From sequence record SRR31156797_3164: a stretch of 40,994 nt of DNA. One strand, written 5' to 3'. Positions 18,904-34,867 of the stretch are shown piece by piece. Every line of letters starts with the position of its first letter. The stretch's first letter is position 1. The notes beneath the pieces are model-generated. The model was given only the letters and a program-made list of their open reading frames with translations. It did no database searches and was not told the origin of the DNA. The position numbers were made by a program, and so were the translations under genes.

Positions 18904-19424
18904 AAACAGTGCTCATGCTTGGCGACTCGCTTGTCGAATGGGGTGATTGGCAGTCCTTACTGCCGGGATACAACATCATAAATAGAGGCATGGCCGGTGA
19001 ATACACCGAAGGGCTTGCAGGACGAATCATAGATGAAATTAACAGCGTAGCTGAACCTGATGCTGTCCTTCTTCAGTCTGGGACCAACAACCTGCTCATG
19101 GGTTCACCCCACTTTCCCGCGATCCTCTCCAGCATGGTGCCAACCATCCGTACTTTTTACCCTCACTGTCCTATTATTATCAATTCTCTCATGCCCATGT
19201 CCATTGTTCCAACCCATAAGCTGGAAGAGGTCAACAAACAGCTTCAGGATACAGCCAACCAAACAGAAAACTGTTTTTATCTTGATATGGTGCCCCCGTT
19301 TAATGAAAAATGCCTGCCAATAACCCAGCCAGGATTCCTTAATGACAAGGTACACCTAAGCACAAGAGGCTACTTGGTATGGGCAGAAGAAATAGATGCA
19401 TATTTACAGGATATATGGCCTTGA
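18900..19424 (+). CDS. GDSL/SGNH family esterase
   Basis: GDSL, NRGMAG, GTNN, DKVH; ATGA overlap with glgX. Confidence 0.9.
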   Translation: MKTVLMLGDSLVEWGDWQSLLPGYNIINRGMAGEYTEGLAGRIIDEINSVAEPDAVLLQSGTNNLLMGSPHFPAILSSMVPTIRTFYPHCPIIINSLMPMSIVPTHKLEEVNKQLQDTANQTENCFYLDMVPPFNEKCLPITQPGFLNDKVHLSTRGYLVWAEEIDAYLQDIWP

Positions 19425-19558
19425 GGAACAGCGTTGACAATCTGCCGGTCACAGCTTATCAGTTATGCTGTTATAAGTGGCGCAAGCTTCATTTCCCCCA
19501 ACAAACTCACTAATAGAGAGCCACTTCGCACTAAAAAAATACCATTGGAGACACCAGT

Positions 19559-20386
19559 ATGAATCGCGTTTTTTCTGCTTTGTGCACGGCAACCCTGTTC
19601 CTGCTGCCTGCAACTGCTTTTACCGCTACCGAGACTACACCACCAGCCAAAATGACCGCCGAAGAGGGCTTAAAAGGAACTGTCACCGAGACCATGAATA
19701 CCGGGGGGTATACCTACCTCCAGCTCAGCAAGGGCAGCCAATCTGTCTGGGTAGCCATCCCTGAGACAAAGGTGGAAAAAGGTGCAGAGATTATATGTAG
19801 GCCTGGCATGGAGATGCAAAATTTTGAATCCAAAACACTCAAACGCACCTTTCCATCCATTATCTTTTCACCAGGGCTCGCAAATGCACAGGAAGCCCCT
19901 GTGGCATCCCCCCACGGTATAACTGCACAAGCACCAGCAAAAGAGTCTGGATTTGCCCAAGCCTTACAGGCTGAACAGCAACAGCCAACCGCCGAGGCCA
20001 TGGGGGGTCAACCTGTTGGTCAATCACCGGGAAGTCTTGGTGCAATTGTACCTTCAAAAGATATTGTAGTTAAAAAAGCCGCTGGTGACAGCAGTTATGC
20101 TGTGGGAGAGTGTTACTCCAAAGCGAAAGAACTGGATAACAGCCCGATAACAGTTCGCGGTAAAGTGGTCAAAGTATCTCCAAAAATTATGGGTAAAAAC
20201 TGGGTTCACCTCCAGGATGGCACAGGAAGCCCCATGCAAAACACCCATGACCTTGTCCTTACAACCCAAGACCTACCCGAACTGGGGGAAGTTGTAACCT
20301 TCAGCGGCACCCTCCACGCCAACCGTGACTTTGGTGCAGGCTACAAATATGCTGTGATTATCGAAAACGCATCACTCAAACATTGA
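19559..20386 (+). CDS. Exported protein with two OB-fold-like domains (NrfJ-related)
   Basis: Signal peptide; GGYTYLQL..WVAIP; GKVVKV..IMGKNWVHLQDGTG; DFGAGYKY. Confidence 0.7.
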   Translation: MNRVFSALCTATLFLLPATAFTATETTPPAKMTAEEGLKGTVTETMNTGGYTYLQLSKGSQSVWVAIPETKVEKGAEIICRPGMEMQNFESKTLKRTFPSIIFSPGLANAQEAPVASPHGITAQAPAKESGFAQALQAEQQQPTAEAMGGQPVGQSPGSLGAIVPSKDIVVKKAAGDSSYAVGECYSKAKELDNSPITVRGKVVKVSPKIMGKNWVHLQDGTGSPMQNTHDLVLTTQDLPELGEVVTFSGTLHANRDFGAGYKYAVIIENASLKH

Positions 20387-20530
20387 TATGTAACTATCCA
20401 GCAGCACCCCACGGAGTCTGCACTTACCCCTGCCCACAACCATTCAGGATTATTTTTGTAATCCTGAATGGTTGCACGCATCTGGAGTACTGCTGAAGAT
20501 ACTATATAATTTCCAAAACCTGATTCATCC

Positions 20531-21106
20531 ATGGAACAAAAAATTCATCCCGGCCAGATAGGATTTGACTTTGATGGAGTCATTGCTGACACGGCAGAGG
20601 CTTTTATCCGGATTGCCTGTGAGCAGTTCGATTATTGCGGTATCCAGCTCGAACATATCACCCAGTTTCAAGTGGAAGAGTGCACAGAGGTTGAAGTCGC
20701 AGTTGTGGAGGAGATCTTTACGCGCATACTCCACGATTCTGTAGGCACTCAATTACTGCCGATGCCAGGGGCTATAAGAGTTCTTGAGGAGCTTAGCCTG
20801 CATGCACCGGTTACCATTATTACAGCAAGACCATTGGCAGAACCGGTGCACCGCTGGATGGAGGAACATATGCCCGCAGCCCTTATTGATCAGATCCAAC
20901 TGGTTGCCATGGGAGATCATGACGACAAGACCCGCCATGTTCGCAGGCTGGATCTCTCCCACTTCATTGACGACCGGGCTGAAACCTGCAAACAGCTTGA
21001 ACAGGCCGGGGTCAGATCCATACTTTTTTCCCAACCCTGGAACCGTTCCCACACCACTCTGCCCGCCGTACAAAACTGGAAAGAGATCCGAGAACTTTGT
21101 CTCTAG
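20531..21106 (+). CDS. HAD-superfamily 5'(3')-nucleotidase-like phosphatase
   Basis: FDFDGVIADT, ITAR, K, FIDD, QPWN. Confidence 0.85.
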   Translation: MEQKIHPGQIGFDFDGVIADTAEAFIRIACEQFDYCGIQLEHITQFQVEECTEVEVAVVEEIFTRILHDSVGTQLLPMPGAIRVLEELSLHAPVTIITARPLAEPVHRWMEEHMPAALIDQIQLVAMGDHDDKTRHVRRLDLSHFIDDRAETCKQLEQAGVRSILFSQPWNRSHTTLPAVQNWKEIRELCL

Positions 21107-21145
21107 GAGCCTCACAAGAAGCATCACCCCCACTAAAAGAAAGCC

Positions 21146-21592
21146 ATGAATACCTCCACGACTGACACCGCTCCCATTGTCTACCGAAACCCCACGCCAA
21201 CAGTGGATATCATCATCGAAATAGATGGTGGAATTGTATTGATTGAACGCAAGAATGAACCACGTGGCTGGGCATTGCCCGGTGGTTTTGTAGATTACGG
21301 GGAATCATTTGAAAATGCTGCCCGGAGGGAAGCTGCCGAAGAAACGGGGTTACAGGTCTTTCTCACCCACCAGTTTCATACTTACTCCGACCCTGCCAGG
21401 GATGCTCGGCAGCATAACAGCTCCACCGTTTTTATAGGCACGGCAAGCGGCAAGCCCAAAGGCGCCGACGATGCAGCACAGGCAGAAATTTATGCGGAGG
21501 ATAATCTCCCACCCCTCGCCTTTGACCACCAGCGAATACTGGAAGACTATTTTCACTTTCGGAAAACGGGCAATAGGCCGACAATAGATTAA
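21146..21592 (+). CDS. Nudix hydrolase
   Basis: Nudix box [36 protein letters not shown]. Confidence 0.93.
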   Translation: MNTSTTDTAPIVYRNPTPTVDIIIEIDGGIVLIERKNEPRGWALPGGFVDYGESFENAARREAAEETGLQVFLTHQFHTYSDPARDARQHNSSTVFIGTASGKPKGADDAAQAEIYAEDNLPPLAFDHQRILEDYFHFRKTGNRPTID

Positions 21593-21608
21593 TGCCCAGA
21601 AAAAAACG

Positions 21609-21642
21609 GCCAGTGATAGATAAAAAATAGTCTATCACTGGC
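21609..21642. terminator. Hairpin between convergent Nudix and typA genes
   Basis: GCCAGTGATAGA..TCTATCACTGGC with an A tract on the left (U tract on minus strand). Confidence 0.65.
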
Positions 21643-21843
21643 ATCAAACACCGTATAGGACCGTTAAAAAACTGTTTTTAACAGTAGATAACTCACAAGC
21701 CCCACACCTATGGAGCCATAGATCAATAGTCAGGGCGTACAGTTATCCCCCGCCTTTTTTGCAATAACCGTCAAGGCTACCACTCCAACCAGGACTGCTG
21801 CTGCCAGTAATAATATATCTTTCACAGCCTGCTCCTACTCGTT

Positions 21844-23643
21844 TTATCCCCTGACACGCACACCGGTCTTTTTTCTCAGACGAATGGCCTTGGGAGTAAT
21901 TTCTACTAGTTCATCGTCATTAATATATGCTATGCACTCTTCCAGGCTCATGTCAACCGGCGGGGTAAGAACAACAGCATCATCTGAACCAGAGGCACGC
22001 ACGTTGGTTAACTTCTTCCCCTTTGCAGGGTTAACAACCAAATCTGCAGGACGACAGTTTTCACCGATAATCTGTCCCTGGTAGGTATCGATGCCAGGAC
22101 CGATAAAAAGCTCTCCCCTTTCCTGGAGGTTAAAAAGTGCGTAAGCCACAGTTGTACTCGTTTCCTTGACCACCATTACTCCGTTAATACGCTGCTGCAG
22201 TTCGCCAGCATGTGGACCCCACTCGGCAAACACATAGTTCATCACACCCATGCCTCTGGTATCGGTCAAAAACTGTGAACGATACCCAAGCAAACCGCGG
22301 GTGGGTACCTTGAACTTCATTTTGGACATCTGATTCTCGACCTGCATGTCGAGCAGCTGCCCTTTCAGTTTACCCAGCTTCTCAATCACTATACCCTGGT
22401 ACTGTTCATCCACATCCACCGAGAGTTCCTCATAGGGTTCCATCATTTTCCCGTCTTGCTCCATCATAATGACTTGGGGACGGGTGACCTGGAACTCGTA
22501 GTTTTCGCGGCGCATTTTTTCAATCAGAATGGAAAGGTGCAATTCCCCCCTGCCTGAAACTTTGAACCCAACGCCTTCGGTCAGAGTTTCAACTTTTAGG
22601 GCAACGTCGCCCAAGGTTTCCTTTGCCAATCTTTCTTCCAGGTGGCGCGAGGTAACATATTTACCATCCTGGCCTGCAAAGGGAGAGTCATTGGGAATAA
22701 AATGCATGGAGATGGTAGGTGGATCGATTTCAATCAGCGGCATTGGCTGCGGATCATCGGGATCAGTAAAGGTAACCCCGACCGTTACATCTACCATCCC
22801 GGCAACAGCTACAATATCTCCCACCGTGGCCCTTTCTGCCGGCACTTTCTGGTCGCCGTCAAAAAGAAAAATTTTGTTTATCCGAACCGGAGTGATGGTT
22901 CCGTCACGCCGAGCAACAGCAAGACTGGAACGTAAATCCAACTTCCCGTTGGCCACCTTGCCAATACCTAATCGACCCATATATTGGGAGTAATCTATTG
23001 TATTTACCTGCATTTGCAGTGGGGCTTCCGGGTCACCTGTGGGTGGTGGAACGTGGGCGACAATCATATCTGAGACAACCTGCATTCCTGTTTCAGGCGA
23101 GACAGGATCATCCAGCTCATTAATAGCATAACCGGCTTTAGCAGAAGCATATATAACCGGAAAATCAAGCACATCGTCAGGAGCGTCCAATCGGACGAGC
23201 ATGTCAAACACCTGATCAACCACCCAATCACAACGGGCTGCAGGTTTATCGATCTTGTTTATCACCACAAGTATGGGAAGTCCTGCAGCAAGAGCCTTTT
23301 TCACCACAAAAAAGGTCTGCGGCATCGGCCCTTCCTGGGCATCGACAAGAAGCACTGCCCCGTCTGCCATGCGCAGAACTCTTTCCACCTGTCCACCGAA
23401 GTCGGCATGACCAGGAGTGTCAATAATGTTTATTTTATACCCTTTATGGACATAGGAACCATTTTTGGATGCAATGGTGATCCCGCGCTCACGCTCAAGA
23501 TCCATGGAATCCATCAAACGCTCGGCAACTTCCTGATTGTCACGAAACATGCCGCTCTGGCGAAATAACTGATCAACAAGGGTTGTTTTGCCGTGATCGA
23601 CATGAGCGATAATTGCAACGTTTCGAATATTTTTCTGCTCCAT
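21844..23643 (-). CDS. typA: Translational GTPase TypA/BipA
   Basis: IAHVDHGKTT, ERGITI, DTPGHADFGG, NKID, VSGRGELHL, KKLTNVRASG, DELVEITP. Confidence 0.97.
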   Translation of the reverse strand: MEQKNIRNVAIIAHVDHGKTTLVDQLFRQSGMFRDNQEVAERLMDSMDLERERGITIASKNGSYVHKGYKINIIDTPGHADFGGQVERVLRMADGAVLLVDAQEGPMPQTFFVVKKALAAGLPILVVINKIDKPAARCDWVVDQVFDMLVRLDAPDDVLDFPVIYASAKAGYAINELDDPVSPETGMQVVSDMIVAHVPPPTGDPEAPLQMQVNTIDYSQYMGRLGIGKVANGKLDLRSSLAVARRDGTITPVRINKIFLFDGDQKVPAERATVGDIVAVAGMVDVTVGVTFTDPDDPQPMPLIEIDPPTISMHFIPNDSPFAGQDGKYVTSRHLEERLAKETLGDVALKVETLTEGVGFKVSGRGELHLSILIEKMRRENYEFQVTRPQVIMMEQDGKMMEPYEELSVDVDEQYQGIVIEKLGKLKGQLLDMQVENQMSKMKFKVPTRGLLGYRSQFLTDTRGMGVMNYVFAEWGPHAGELQQRINGVMVVKETSTTVAYALFNLQERGELFIGPGIDTYQGQIIGENCRPADLVVNPAKGKKLTNVRASGSDDAVVLTPPVDMSLEECIAYINDDELVEITPKAIRLRKKTGVRVRG

Positions 23644-23924
23644 ACTTTCCCGCCTCTGTCAGGAAGATTTGTCTCTCTGTCCCCACAAAGGGGTTAGATG
23701 ACATGCATACATTATCAGCAATGATAATTTTGCTATAATGTTAATTTAGGTAACTTTTAGAAGAAAGCATACACTGTCTTGCATGCCAAAGGTTGTTAAA
23801 AAAAGCGCAGAGTCTACCGCAAGAGACACAAAAGCACAAGCAAACTCTTGTAAAAAACGCACTTACAAGCACATAAACTCCAAGGCAGTTACATTCAGCG
23901 ATTGTCAGCGATAACTAAGCCTTC

Positions 23925-25340
23925 TCACCAACTGGTGGCAAACAACTCTTTGCGATTGACTGCAGACCGGCGAAGAACGGGGACATACTCGTCAATATAA
24001 TCAATAACCACTGCTTTTTTCCCCGGAGCCGGACGCATAATCCGTCCGACTACCTGCAGCAGACGACCTGCAAATTTAATGGGAGTGGCTAAAATAAGGG
24101 TTGTTAACCCAGGACAATCGAACCCTTCACCGATAAGCTGAATGGTGGCTATCAGCACCTCTACCTCACCCTGTAACACATTCTGCACCACCTGCTCCCG
24201 CTGCTCTTTACTTACCTGTCCTGTCAGCAGGGCGACATGGATACCTCTTGCCCGCAACAACTCAGCAAAAATTTCACAGTGGGCAACCCGGTCAGATACA
24301 AGTAATATAGTCCCTTGGTGCCCTTTCTCAATTAATGCTGCAGCATCACCTGCAATTTGCAAGTTGCGTTGCTCATTTTTTGCCAACGCTTTCATCAACT
24401 TGGCATATTCACCGCGATACCCATACTTAAATGCTGTTTGTCGCTGAATAAACGTAGGCAAAACAACAGCTCCACTGGCAGCCAAATCTTCACTGGCAAC
24501 CCTGTGGACCCGATCGCCCATATAAGTATAAATTAACTTTGTCATGCCATCTTCTCTGCGAAACGCGGTTGCAGACAGGCCCAACATATAATAACTGTCA
24601 AAGGCTGCCACTACGTCTGTAAAAAGACTGGCCGGAACCCGGTGGCATTCATCGACAATAATGTGACCAAACAGCTGCGGCAGGGTATCCAACTGTTTAC
24701 GAGCTGTGTTGACTATGGCAACTGTCACCGGCTGTAAATCCACCACCCCGTCACCTGCCTGTCCGGCGCTGATGCCTAGAAACTGTGTAATTCGTTCTTT
24801 CCACTGAAAGAGCAGTTCTTTGGAATGGACAATAACCAAGGTTGGCTGCTGACGTCGGGCAATCACATCAAGGGCCATAACGGTTTTCCCAGACCCTGTT
24901 CCTGCCTCAAGCACCCCAAAAGAATGCCTGCATACAGCTTCCACAGCATCACACTGATAGGGGCGCAGCTCCCCGTTAAACTTGACGGCAAGGGTATCAC
25001 AGCGCCGCCGCTTATCTGTCAACTGCGGCGCAGCACCGGTCAGGTCTCGACAGATACGAACCGCCTGATTGCCAAATCCCCGAGGAAAACAGAGGTCGCA
25101 GCCGCGATCTGTATAAAAAGAGAGGGTCGGTTTAAGCTGTTTGCCTATCCACCTTCCATAGCGTTGAGCATCCTTATACTTAGGATTATCAATGGTCAGT
25201 GCCGTGCGTATTTTTTTTTGTAACGCTGCAGGAGCCCCTTTTAGGCAACACTCCTTGCCGACCACCAGTTCAACCTGTTGCTGGGACTGCTTGCCATGCC
25301 GTTCCCTCTCTGTTACCTTGCCAGTGGTACCCACTCCCAT
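23925..25340 (-). CDS. Superfamily 2 DExH helicase (ResIII/XPB-like)
   Basis: LRPYQ, GTGSGKT, DECH, LSAT, EGFDCP, QVVGRIMR; start 25340 behind AGGAG (uncertain). Confidence 0.88.
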   Translation of the reverse strand: MGVGTTGKVTERERHGKQSQQQVELVVGKECCLKGAPAALQKKIRTALTIDNPKYKDAQRYGRWIGKQLKPTLSFYTDRGCDLCFPRGFGNQAVRICRDLTGAAPQLTDKRRRCDTLAVKFNGELRPYQCDAVEAVCRHSFGVLEAGTGSGKTVMALDVIARRQQPTLVIVHSKELLFQWKERITQFLGISAGQAGDGVVDLQPVTVAIVNTARKQLDTLPQLFGHIIVDECHRVPASLFTDVVAAFDSYYMLGLSATAFRREDGMTKLIYTYMGDRVHRVASEDLAASGAVVLPTFIQRQTAFKYGYRGEYAKLMKALAKNEQRNLQIAGDAAALIEKGHQGTILLVSDRVAHCEIFAELLRARGIHVALLTGQVSKEQREQVVQNVLQGEVEVLIATIQLIGEGFDCPGLTTLILATPIKFAGRLLQVVGRIMRPAPGKKAVVIDYIDEYVPVLRRSAVNRKELFATSW

Positions 25341-25359
25341 TTCTTCTCCTGAAAATGCC

Positions 25360-26256
25360 ATGCCAAATACCCTTGCCCATCTTGGGGTACAGACCATAGC
25401 CACCAAGGCGGTTGATCATACGATTGACGTAAAGTGGATTGCTGTTGGTTGCATTATCCCCGATTTACCGTGGATAATGCAACGTATTGTTCACTGGTTT
25501 GCCCCTGGCATTGATCCCATCAGCCTACGTGCATATGCCATGGTGCAGGCTTCATTGTTTTTCTGCCTGCTCCTTAGTGGTGCCTTGTGTCTACTCGTTC
25601 ACAAGAAAAAAACACTGTTTTTTGTGTTAAGCGGCAATAGCCTGCTCCATCTATTATTAGACAGCTTCCAAACGAAATGGGCCAACGGGGTCCACCTGCT
25701 GGCGCCCTTTTCCTGGCACTTGACCTCTTTAGATTTTTTCTGGCCTGAGCATTGGATCACCAAGGCTCTTTCTCTTTTTGGATGCGTTGTGCTGTTGGTC
25801 TTTGCTGTTGTAGATCGGCACCAGCAACTTCATTTCGTTATCAAACCACTCAACACTCTTATTACCTGCCTCCTAGTGCTTCTTTATCTGGCAGCACCGC
25901 CATTTTTCATGGACGGCCCTTTTGCCAACAATAACCACTTTATCCAAACGCTTCGCGATCAAGAAAAAAGACCAGGTAAAAGCATTGCCATAGACCGCGG
26001 CAGGTATGACCCGCAGACATTAACTCTTCAGGTTTTTACCGGAGAGAAACTACTTATCGATAAAATTCCGATTCTTGAAGAAACAAAAATTTCCCTACGG
26101 GGAACCTTTCAAGACCTCGACACTGTGCGCGTGACAGCCTATCACGTTCATTCCAGCCAACGAGACCTCTATTCCGTTGCCGGCCTTTTTGCTGTGCTTA
26201 TCATCTGGCTGCTTGCGATCTTAAAAAAAGGAAGTAAAGTAGCTCAAAGTAAATAA
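25360..26256 (+). CDS. Membrane protein with YdjM-like metal-dependent hydrolase motifs
   Basis: MPNTLAH, IPDLPW, LHLLLD, several TM helices; the ORF-track extension to 25192 is antisense to the helicase. Confidence 0.65.
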   Translation: MPNTLAHLGVQTIATKAVDHTIDVKWIAVGCIIPDLPWIMQRIVHWFAPGIDPISLRAYAMVQASLFFCLLLSGALCLLVHKKKTLFFVLSGNSLLHLLLDSFQTKWANGVHLLAPFSWHLTSLDFFWPEHWITKALSLFGCVVLLVFAVVDRHQQLHFVIKPLNTLITCLLVLLYLAAPPFFMDGPFANNNHFIQTLRDQEKRPGKSIAIDRGRYDPQTLTLQVFTGEKLLIDKIPILEETKISLRGTFQDLDTVRVTAYHVHSSQRDLYSVAGLFAVLIIWLLAILKKGSKVAQSK

Positions 26257-26289
26257 ATCCAATCACTTTTTACCTACCACGTTCTTTTT

Positions 26290-26907
26290 ATGACACGCTA
26301 TTATTTTAAACTCTTGTTGTTTGTATGTGCCCTTACTTTTTTTGTCCCCCTTGCAGCTCAGGCCGCTGAAAAGAGCCGTGACAGAGATATCGTTATAACC
26401 CTTCCAGCAGAAACAGTATTGCACTCCTTACAAAAGATGCTCCCTCTGAAAATCAACACTAACAATCCTGATCTGCAGGGTCAGATAACACTCCAAACAC
26501 TAAAAAAACTAGTGATTAATAATAATACGCTTTCCGTCCAAGGCGTTGTTGGAGGAAAAAATCTGTCCATGGTAACCACCATTGCCAATCAAAAAATACG
26601 TCTAAAATTAGGAGAAGTTCACCTTCCTGTTACCTGTGACCTTCAAACCCGATTTGACAAAGGGAAAAAACAGCTTTTTGTCACCCCTTTTTTCCCTTTG
26701 GCCGACCAATCGACACCTGGGTCCAATGCTATCACCCCCCTGCTGAAAGCGCTTGAGGGCAAAGAATATCCGCTGCAACTGGACACCCTTAAGCTGAGCA
26801 ATATTAAACTTGGAGAAAAACAATTTCCTTTGACCATGGTACCCGTTGACATTTCAGGACGTGATAACGCCCTGATGATCAATCTACAGCCGCAACCAAC
26901 ACTTTAA
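26290..26907 (+). CDS. Exported hypothetical protein
   Basis: Signal peptide (AQA-A), beta-rich, operonic spacing. Confidence 0.75.
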   Translation: MTRYYFKLLLFVCALTFFVPLAAQAAEKSRDRDIVITLPAETVLHSLQKMLPLKINTNNPDLQGQITLQTLKKLVINNNTLSVQGVVGGKNLSMVTTIANQKIRLKLGEVHLPVTCDLQTRFDKGKKQLFVTPFFPLADQSTPGSNAITPLLKALEGKEYPLQLDTLKLSNIKLGEKQFPLTMVPVDISGRDNALMINLQPQPTL

Positions 26908-26918
26908 GAGGAAAAAAA

Positions 26919-27260
26919 ATGGAAACCAATTGTCTATTTTGCAAAATAATTGCAGGAGAGATACCCGCCGACATACTGTACGAAGATGACGATGTACTGG
27001 CTTTTAGGGATATTGCTCCGCAGGCACCGGTCCACTTCCTTGTTATCCCTAAAAAACACATAAAAGGGCCAGCGACAGTAACCAGCGAGGATGATAAACT
27101 GATCGGCAAAATCATGCGTATCGGCAATGAACTCGCTGCTAAAGAGGGTATTGCCCAGTACCGGGTGGTGTTCAACAATGGTGAACAGGCCGGGCAATCA
27201 GTCTTCCACATCCACATGCATATACTGGGCGGACGCAGCATGCAGTGGCCCCCCGGCTGA
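26919..27260 (+). CDS. hinT: Histidine triad nucleotide-binding protein (HINT)
   Basis: CLFCKI, DIAPQAPVHFLVIPK, HIHMH, WPPG. Confidence 0.93.
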   Translation: METNCLFCKIIAGEIPADILYEDDDVLAFRDIAPQAPVHFLVIPKKHIKGPATVTSEDDKLIGKIMRIGNELAAKEGIAQYRVVFNNGEQAGQSVFHIHMHILGGRSMQWPPG

Positions 27261-27268
27261 TAAAAGTA

Positions 27269-28567
27269 TCATTCCGGCAGCATCCCGTACAGATAGTTAA
27301 TAATATCTGTACGGGTCACAATCCCGATAATATCTTTTCCTTGCTGCACTGGCAGGTGACCGATATTTTTAGCCACCATCAATTCCGCGGCCTCGCTGGC
27401 AAGGGCATCGGGATGAATAGTTGCAACATCTCTTTTCATAAATGCTTTCACTGGGCTGTTCCACTGTTTTTCCAATTTAAGCTTTTTCAGATCCCATAAC
27501 ACAATAATCCCCTGTATTCCCTGCTCATCAGCAACAATTACTCCCCGAATGTTTTCCTGCTCCATGATGGCTCGCACCTGATACATGGGTGTTTCTGCAG
27601 GCACTGTTGTTACAGGAAAAGACATCATATCAGCCACCAAGGCACGACCGCTCTGATCCTCTTTAAGAGCAGTAATAATTTTCTGACGCGTTAGTCCCGG
27701 TGTTACGTCAGCTTCACGAACAACGGCTGAACCTGCTCCTGGATGACCTCCACCTCCAAACTGGGCAAGAATGGCATGCACATTAATGTCGGCAACACCA
27801 CTGCGGCCAATGACAAACTGTTTTTCATCCTGGTTAACAAAGATGGCAAACACGGCATCAGCATTGACAATTTTCCGGTACAGCTGGACCACCATGGCAA
27901 GTTCTGTATATTTATGTACCCATACAACACCAATGCTGACATGGTGGCCCTTAATATCTATCTCCTCAGCATCACGCAGGAGGCGAAACAGTACTTTCTT
28001 TTGTGTCTCACCATAGGCCATATTTAAAAAATCTACGGCAATGGTTAAATCGGCTCCCTGTTCCAATAAAAATGCTGCAACACGCGCATCAGCAGGTGTT
28101 GTTGAGCTGAAAGTCAGCTGCCCGGTATCTTCATACAATCCAAGCAGAAATACCGTAGCCTGAAGCGGAGTCAGTTCAATATGCTGCTTTTGAAGCGCCT
28201 GCACAAACAAGGTAATAGTTGCGCCCACGGGGGCTACATTCTGCCATTGCGAATTGATATCACCGAGCCCCATGTGATGATCCCAAAGCAATATTTCCAC
28301 ACCCTGCCGATCTCTGAGTTTTTCCATCCGGTCAAGCCGACTCCACTGATTGGTATCAGCTATGATCAAGCTGTCCACTTGATCCATATCTATTTCCTTA
28401 GGCAAAACAACGGTGAATGCCGTTTTGTGCAAGGCTAAAAATCGTTTAACGTTAGGATTAACACTTTTGGGACAAACAGCCACACATCCGGGGTAAAGAA
28501 GTGTCGCAGCCAGGATGGATGCTAATCCGTCAAAATCAGTATTCTTATGGGTCGTTGCTATTTGCAT
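27269..28567 (-). CDS. DHH/DHHA1 phosphoesterase with C-terminal CBS pair
   Basis: HKNTDFDG, DT, DHH, GLYEDTG, GGGGH, then two CBS domains ending GIVTRTD. Confidence 0.88.
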   Translation of the reverse strand: MQIATTHKNTDFDGLASILAATLLYPGCVAVCPKSVNPNVKRFLALHKTAFTVVLPKEIDMDQVDSLIIADTNQWSRLDRMEKLRDRQGVEILLWDHHMGLGDINSQWQNVAPVGATITLFVQALQKQHIELTPLQATVFLLGLYEDTGQLTFSSTTPADARVAAFLLEQGADLTIAVDFLNMAYGETQKKVLFRLLRDAEEIDIKGHHVSIGVVWVHKYTELAMVVQLYRKIVNADAVFAIFVNQDEKQFVIGRSGVADINVHAILAQFGGGGHPGAGSAVVREADVTPGLTRQKIITALKEDQSGRALVADMMSFPVTTVPAETPMYQVRAIMEQENIRGVIVADEQGIQGIIVLWDLKKLKLEKQWNSPVKAFMKRDVATIHPDALASEAAELMVAKNIGHLPVQQGKDIIGIVTRTDIINYLYGMLPE

Positions 28568-28922
28568 GCAATACTCTTAAATAGAAAAATAATACCTTGC
28601 CATACGCCTGTTTTACACACCCCATAAAAAAGAAGATATGTAATCGCAATGGGTTCCAGTCGACAACCTAACTTCAGTGTATATGGTTACGGGGAACTGT
28701 CAACCTAAAGAGTTGGTAGAGGGCCCTGCTGGTTATCCGCCCTCCTCCATTTCTCAAGCCATCCAGCTTGTCGAATTGTAAGACATCTGGTAAATTGTTC
28801 CTTTCATACGCCATATTCAATGCAGGAGCAATGAGCCTTGTGCCTCTCCAGGCACAAAACACATTTTCTTGCTCTGCTACCTCCATATTGAGCTATTTTT
28901 TCATCCGGACCACAAGGACATG

Positions 28923-34821
<5,899 letters not shown>

Positions 34822-34867
34822 TTTTATTGCTCTCAGCAGCTTGCTTTGCAAAAATTTTCACCGCTCG

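Noticed and set aside
25192-25406. Apparent 215-bp overlap of two long divergent ORFs
   Set aside because: Artefact of maximal ORF extension; better starts at 25340 and 25360 remove it.
28869-28919. TTG-initiated N-terminal extension of GltB
   Set aside because: No RBS; the AAGGA at 28914 points to the ATG cluster at 28920-28926.
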